From: Raja brachyura
Taxonomy: Eukaryota
NCBI GenBank assembly: GCA_963514005.1
Contig: OY740801.1
Coordinates: 13,640,001 to 13,704,000, forward strand
Reading direction: 5' to 3'
DNA: 64,000 bases
Numbering within the stretch: the first letter of the stretch is position 1; each line of letters begins with the position of its first letter. A model generated the notes under the pieces. It was not told where the DNA came from. It searched no databases and saw only the letters and a list, made by a program, of their open reading frames with translations. Of this stretch, positions 60,601-64,000 are shown piece after piece. The position numbers and the translations under genes were made by a program.

Positions 60601-63186
60601 ACAAAATTCAATGAGTAGATCTAAACATCTATCCATTTCTTAAGAAAAGATAAACTTTTTTTAAATTGCCTAAGTGTCCAAATAACATTCACACAATAAT
60701 CCACAATATAACATAATTTTTAAATCTCATTTTCATGAATTTCTGGGCCAAATGGAAGGAATTTTGTGTTTAATGCCTGTAAATTAATGGCCATTTAAAT
60801 CAACTAGCGAGTGGGTTTTAGTGGAATGAGGTGGATTAGAACGTTGCGGTTTGCTGTGAAGTCAGTATGAAAAATACAGCCGGTTCATACATTTTTTTTG
60901 GACCCCCTTTCGCAACATGAAAATATTATTAAAGCCTCCATAAAAACCAACTTTTAATATAAAAATAAACTGTGTACCTTTTTTTCTCCCCTACGCAAAA
61001 TCCTTCCCGTTATCGGCGCTCACGGCTTCTGAAGGTGATTTTTAAATTACTCTAGATAATAAATAATCTAGCGTAATTTAAAAATACCTTCATTAATGAA
61101 ATGTCGGAGTGATTTTTCTTCAACATTTCTTCCGCAACACTGATCGATTTGCCCTGTCTGAAGAAAAACGGCACTTAAAGCCCGCCCCCCTCTGAAAGGC
61201 GCCAAAGTCGCGCACACGGGGAGCGGCAGAATTGCAGCGCTGCTCAAGGTAAGTTTTGTAACATACCTGCTTACAGCGCTAGAGACTCGGGTTCGATCCT
61301 GACTATGGGTGCTGTCTGTATAGAGTTTGTACGTTCTCACTGTGACATATCCGGGTTTTATACGGGTGCTCCGATTTCCTCCCACAGTCCAAAGAAGTAC
61401 AGGTTTGTAGGATAATTGGCTTGGGTAAAATTGTAAATAGTTCCTAGTGTAGGATAGTGTTAGTCTAGAGGGTGATCGCTGGTCAGCGAGAACTCGATGG
61501 GCCGAAGGGCCTGTTTCCATGCTGTCTGTCTAAAGTAAAGTAAATGCTTTTGTTTTCTGTATTCGGTTTGTATTTTTGTTGAATTGATTTACCTGCAGAG
61601 ATTCTCCTGCACTAGCCATTCACTGAGGATGATTAGATTATCATCGAGGAATTTCATCAGAGGAGATACTGCCTGCAACAAGACAGAAACAGGTGTGCGT
61701 GAGGGCATCACGGTTCGAGCCCAATCTAACTTGGCCCAATATTCTCAGATCGACTGTCGAAGAAGGTCTGAAGAAGGGTCTCGACCCAAAACGTCACCCA
61801 TTACTTCTCTCCAGAGACGCTCGCTGCCTGTCCCGCTGAGGAACTCCAGCATTTTGTGTCTATCTCCAATATTCCAGAGATGCACACCCCCATCAAATGC
61901 CACTGAAAACCTGGTTCATTTTCCACGTGACCCTCCTCTTGTTGTTCATCAATCACCACATCCCCCTTAGCTCCCAGTGCCCCACTCAATCGCGTCCTCT
62001 GATAACTCAGCACAAAGGATAGGTCAGCTTGCTGCTTAATCAGGCTGACATTCGCACTGGGGAGATTGCTGTGGCTTTGGTGCATCTCGTCATTGATCAG
62101 ATGTGTGGGGATCAGAGACAGAGAGTTGCCAAAGCCCCATTGCTGAGCAGTTCCCGTGCATTCTGTTACGGCAATCTCACCAAGACACGTACATCATCAG
62201 GTTGGATGGAGTCCGGAGACAGGCTGACGTGCTGAATGTACTTCCGCAAGTCAATGACCATCTGTAAAAAACAAGTCCATGGAAAACAGAATAGTGTCAG
62301 ACTGCTAATTGGGGAAATGTCCACATTTCTTCACCCTGAGGTTGTTGACCAATTCAGTGGTTGGTCTCAGTAGGTAGAGGCTTACCCCTGGGTTCCAAAC
62401 AGATCAAACCTCAGTACCACTAATCAAGCCTGGCCCCAGCCATGTCCCGACGGCCTCAAATCAATTAAAAAAAGACACAAAGTGTCGAGGAAGGGTCCCA
62501 ACCTGAAATGTGATGTTCTCCAGGGATGTTGCCTGACCGCTACTCCAGCACTTTGTGTCCTTTTTTTTTTGTAAACCAGCATCTGCAGTTTTTGGTTACT
62601 GGAACAGATCAACCTTGGCTAAATCAGTTACATTTTTTCCACCAAAGTGGATAACCTCCATATTTATCCATATTATACTGCATCTGCCATGCTTCTGCCC
62701 ACTCACCCAAACCATCCAATTCACCTGCTGCCTCATAGCATCCTCCTCGCAGCTTACAGGATTAAATTGATCACCACCAGGGTCATGCAGCACAGAAACA
62801 GTCCAACGTGCCCACGTTGACAAAGATTCCCTAACTATTCTGGACACTAAGGACAATTTACAATTTGTACCAAAGCCAATTAACCTAAAAATCTGTACAA
62901 CCAGGTCCTGATCTTATCAGTGCGGCTGTTCCCGTCGCTCGGACCCGTCAGCTTGTGCCTTGCCGGTTACCTTCTCCACCAGCTGGTTGATCATGTAGTT
63001 GGACTGCCGCTGCATGCCCGCATCGATACTCTGCAGTTGTGTGTCCAGCGCTCTCTGCACCTGCTGCTTCCCCTCCAGCCCACACAGCCGCTCCACAGAG
63101 ATCTCCACCTCCTGCCATGCCAACTCCTTCGGCAGGTTCCAGATGTACTTGTGCACATGCTCGATGTTGTTCAGCACCATGCACAG
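45574..63186 (-). CDS. BAIAP3: BAI1-associated protein 3 (Munc13-like), 3' part (5'-partial): MUN/MHD2 and C2B domains, 10 exons, one with a 1-bp frameshift
   Basis: Exons 63186-62971, 62261-62193, 61672-61593, 59178-59070, 54489-54418, 53319-53237, 52186-52066, 48011-47888, 46640-46438, 45674-45574; motifs LCMVLNNIEHV, YIQHVSLSPDSIQPDD, HAEGQGLP, LDTNGLSDPFVIIEL, FTVMDHDWLSTNDFAGEA match recalled BAIAP3; synteny with TSR3. Confidence 0.94.
46438..46640 (-). CDS. BAIAP3: BAIAP3 exon (TVSEKCSNDIACIHFTVMDHDWLSTNDFAGEA...THPDST)
   Basis: cag/gtaaga, 203 nt. Confidence 0.94.
47482..47815 (-). mobile_element. Penelope-like element 3' fragment (GIY-YIG end + pLTR)
   Basis: GGTAGACAAAAGTGCTGGAGAAACTCAGCGGG pLTR followed by reverse-strand coding remnants (CAAATTGGAGAAACTGCACC, similar to 35770). 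Confidence 0.65.
47888..48011 (-). CDS. BAIAP3: BAIAP3 exon (GLSDPFVIIELAPQHIFPGAKSQRTQVKNKTLHPIFDEQFT)
   Basis: cag/gttagt, 124 nt. Confidence 0.94.
48657..50693 (-). mobile_element. hAT (Buster/Charlie-type) DNA transposon with decayed transposase, in a BAIAP3 intron
   Basis: Perfect 15-bp TIRs CAGTGGTTCTTAACC (48657-48671 / 50679-50693); perfect 8-bp TSD CTCTACAG (48649-48656 / 50694-50701); frameshifted ORF pieces with BED finger CVICAKVLSHECMNPSKLKIHL, SLQLDESTDV, GVCTDG...HCMIHR, CEAGFS. Confidence 0.95.
51368..51787 (+). mobile_element. V-SINE containing a short Penelope-derived insertion (about 51650-51745)
   Basis: SINE head GGTTCAATCC and core; insert GGTAGACACAAAATTCTGGAGTAACTCAGC...GACGTTTCGGGTCGAGACC. 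Confidence 0.7.
52066..52186 (-). CDS. BAIAP3: BAIAP3 exon (KSAEPTPYGMLCIKCHYEVAERKLYIDILHATNLIALDTN)
   Basis: cag/gtgagc, 121 nt; start of C2B. Confidence 0.93.
53237..53319 (-). CDS. BAIAP3: BAIAP3 exon with apparent 1-nt deletion (ALKEELHL / NKCSTQELIEKAYQAKIQQQ)
   Basis: cag/gtaagg, 83 nt between two phase-0 junctions; the homologous peptide switches frame at CATCTAATAAG. Confidence 0.85.
53714..53876. other. Assembly gap
   Basis: Run of N. Confidence 1.
54418..54489 (-). CDS. BAIAP3: BAIAP3 exon (ALVVFLHAEGQGLPIHSLRNESYK)
   Basis: tag/gtaaat, 72 nt, phase 0-0. Confidence 0.92.
56803..56996. other. Assembly gap
   Basis: Run of N. Confidence 1.
59070..59178 (-). CDS. BAIAP3: BAIAP3 exon (ILATLWKLLLDLIAEAL...FYERFHFTLE)
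   Basis: cag/gttaga, 109 nt. Confidence 0.93.
59448..59658. mobile_element. Palindromic Penelope pLTR pair
   Basis: Inverted arms; 18-bp direct repeat ATAGAGTAAATATT(G/A)GAG at 59430-59447 and 59659-59676. Confidence 0.75.
60193..61543 (+). mobile_element. tRNA-derived V-SINE (HE1-like) interrupted by the DNA element
   Basis: A-box-like GGTGGCGCAGCAGTAG, B-box GGTTCGATCC at ~61290, V-domain GGAGTTTGTACGTTCTC-like core, (TAAAG)n tail. Confidence 0.8.
60234..61269. mobile_element. Non-autonomous DNA transposon with imperfect TIRs, inserted in a V-SINE
   Basis: Ends TAGCAATGTTACAGAA / TTTTGTAACATACCTG; CTTACAG duplicated at 60227-60233 and 61270-61276; the SINE resumes on the far side. Confidence 0.8.
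61593..61672 (-). CDS. BAIAP3: BAIAP3 exon (AVSPLMKFLDDNLIILSEWLVQENLC)
   Basis: cag/gtaaat, 80 nt. Confidence 0.93.
62193..62261 (-). CDS. BAIAP3: BAIAP3 exon (MVIDLRKYIQHVSLSPDSIQPDD)
   Basis: cag/gtacgt, 69 nt. Confidence 0.93.
62639..62757 (-). mobile_element. CR1 RT fragment, inverted relative to 63633-63743
   Basis: Reverse complement of GATGCTATGAGG..GTGAATTGGAT..TTTGGGTGAGTGGGCAGAAGCATGGCAGATGCAGTATAAT. Confidence 0.85.
62971..63186 (-). CDS. BAIAP3: BAIAP3 exon (LCMVLNNIEHVHKYIWNLPKELAW...NQLVEK)
   Basis: cag/gtaacc, 216 nt, phase 0-0. Confidence 0.93.
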
Positions 63187-63375
63187 CTGCGAAGGAAGAA
63201 GGAAAATGGCTGTGATTAGTGTGGGTGTCTGGGTTATGGGGAGAAGGCAGGAGAATGGGATCGAGAGGGAAACATAGATCAGCCAGGATTGAACAGCAGA
63301 ATAGACGATGAGCCGAATGGCCTAATTCTGCTCCCACAACTTATGAACTGATGTGACATGGAGGAGAAACAACGT

Positions 63376-64000
63376 CAAGGTCCCACACAAGTGATTAATG
63401 TGCAAAATTAGAGCACATGGTATTGGGGGTAGGGTATTGACATGGATAGAGAACTGGTTGGCAGACAGGAAGCAAAGAGTAGGAATTAACGGATCCTTTT
63501 CAGAATGGCAGGCAGTGACTAGTGGCGTGCTGCAAGGCTTGGTGCAGGGTCCCCAGTTATTTACAATATATATTAATGATTTAGACGAGGGAATTAAATG
63601 TGACATTTAAGTTTGCATAGCTGGGTGGCAGTGTGAGCTTTCGAGGAGGATGCTATGAGGTGAATTGGATAGTTTGGGTGAGTGGGCAGAAGCATGGCAG
63701 ATGCAGTATAATGTGGATAAATGTGAGGTTATCCACTTTGGTGGCAAGAACAGGAAGGCAGATAAATTATCTGAATGGTGTCAGATTAGGAAAAGAGGAG
63801 GTGCAACGAGACCTGGGTGTGTTTGTACACCAGTCACTGAAAGTAAGCATGCAGGTACAGCAGGTAGTGAAGAACGCTAATGGCCTTTTAGCCTTCATTA
63901 CAAGAGGGTTTGAGTTTCGGAGCAAGGAAGTCCTACTGCAGTTGTACAGGGCCCTGGTGAGACCACACCTGGAGTAGTGTGTGCAATTTTGGTCTCCTAG
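63376..64000 (+). mobile_element. CR1 LINE reverse-transcriptase fragment (decayed, runs off the window)
   Basis: AHGIGGRVLTWIENWLADRKQRVGINGSFSEWQAVTSGVLQG..GPQLFTIYINDLD; RDLGVFVHQSLKVSMQV..LYRALVRPHLE; stops and frameshifts. Confidence 0.9.

Overview
Vertebrate genomic DNA, most likely a cartilaginous fish (skate/ray-type SINE, CR1 and Penelope repeat content; inference). The window holds the conserved syntenic block known from human 16p13.3: the last five coding exons and a probable ~7.4 kb 3'UTR of UNKL (+), complete GNPTG (-, 11 exons, 294 aa), complete TSR3 (+, 6 coding exons, 318 aa) head-to-head with GNPTG, and the last ten coding exons of BAIAP3 (-). I read exon boundaries by hand from GT-AG sites and checked phases; gene identities rest on recalled human protein sequences, not a search. 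Introns carry CR1, Rex1-like, RTE-derived and Penelope retroelements, V-SINEs and at least three DNA transposons. Most notable observations: (1) a ~22-copy minisatellite made from the GNPTG exon-1/intron-1 splice junction, giving about 14 extra consensus 5' splice sites next to a bidirectional promoter; (2) many Penelope-derived insertions with minimal hammerhead-ribozyme cores, several as TSD-flanked palindromes, one in the UNKL 3'UTR; (3) a nested foldback DNA element; (4) a 1-bp frameshift in a BAIAP3 exon, probably an assembly error; (5) inverted CR1 fragments around a symmetric BAIAP3 exon. No prokaryote-type system (CRISPR etc.) is present, and I cannot show that any of these is a new biological system.
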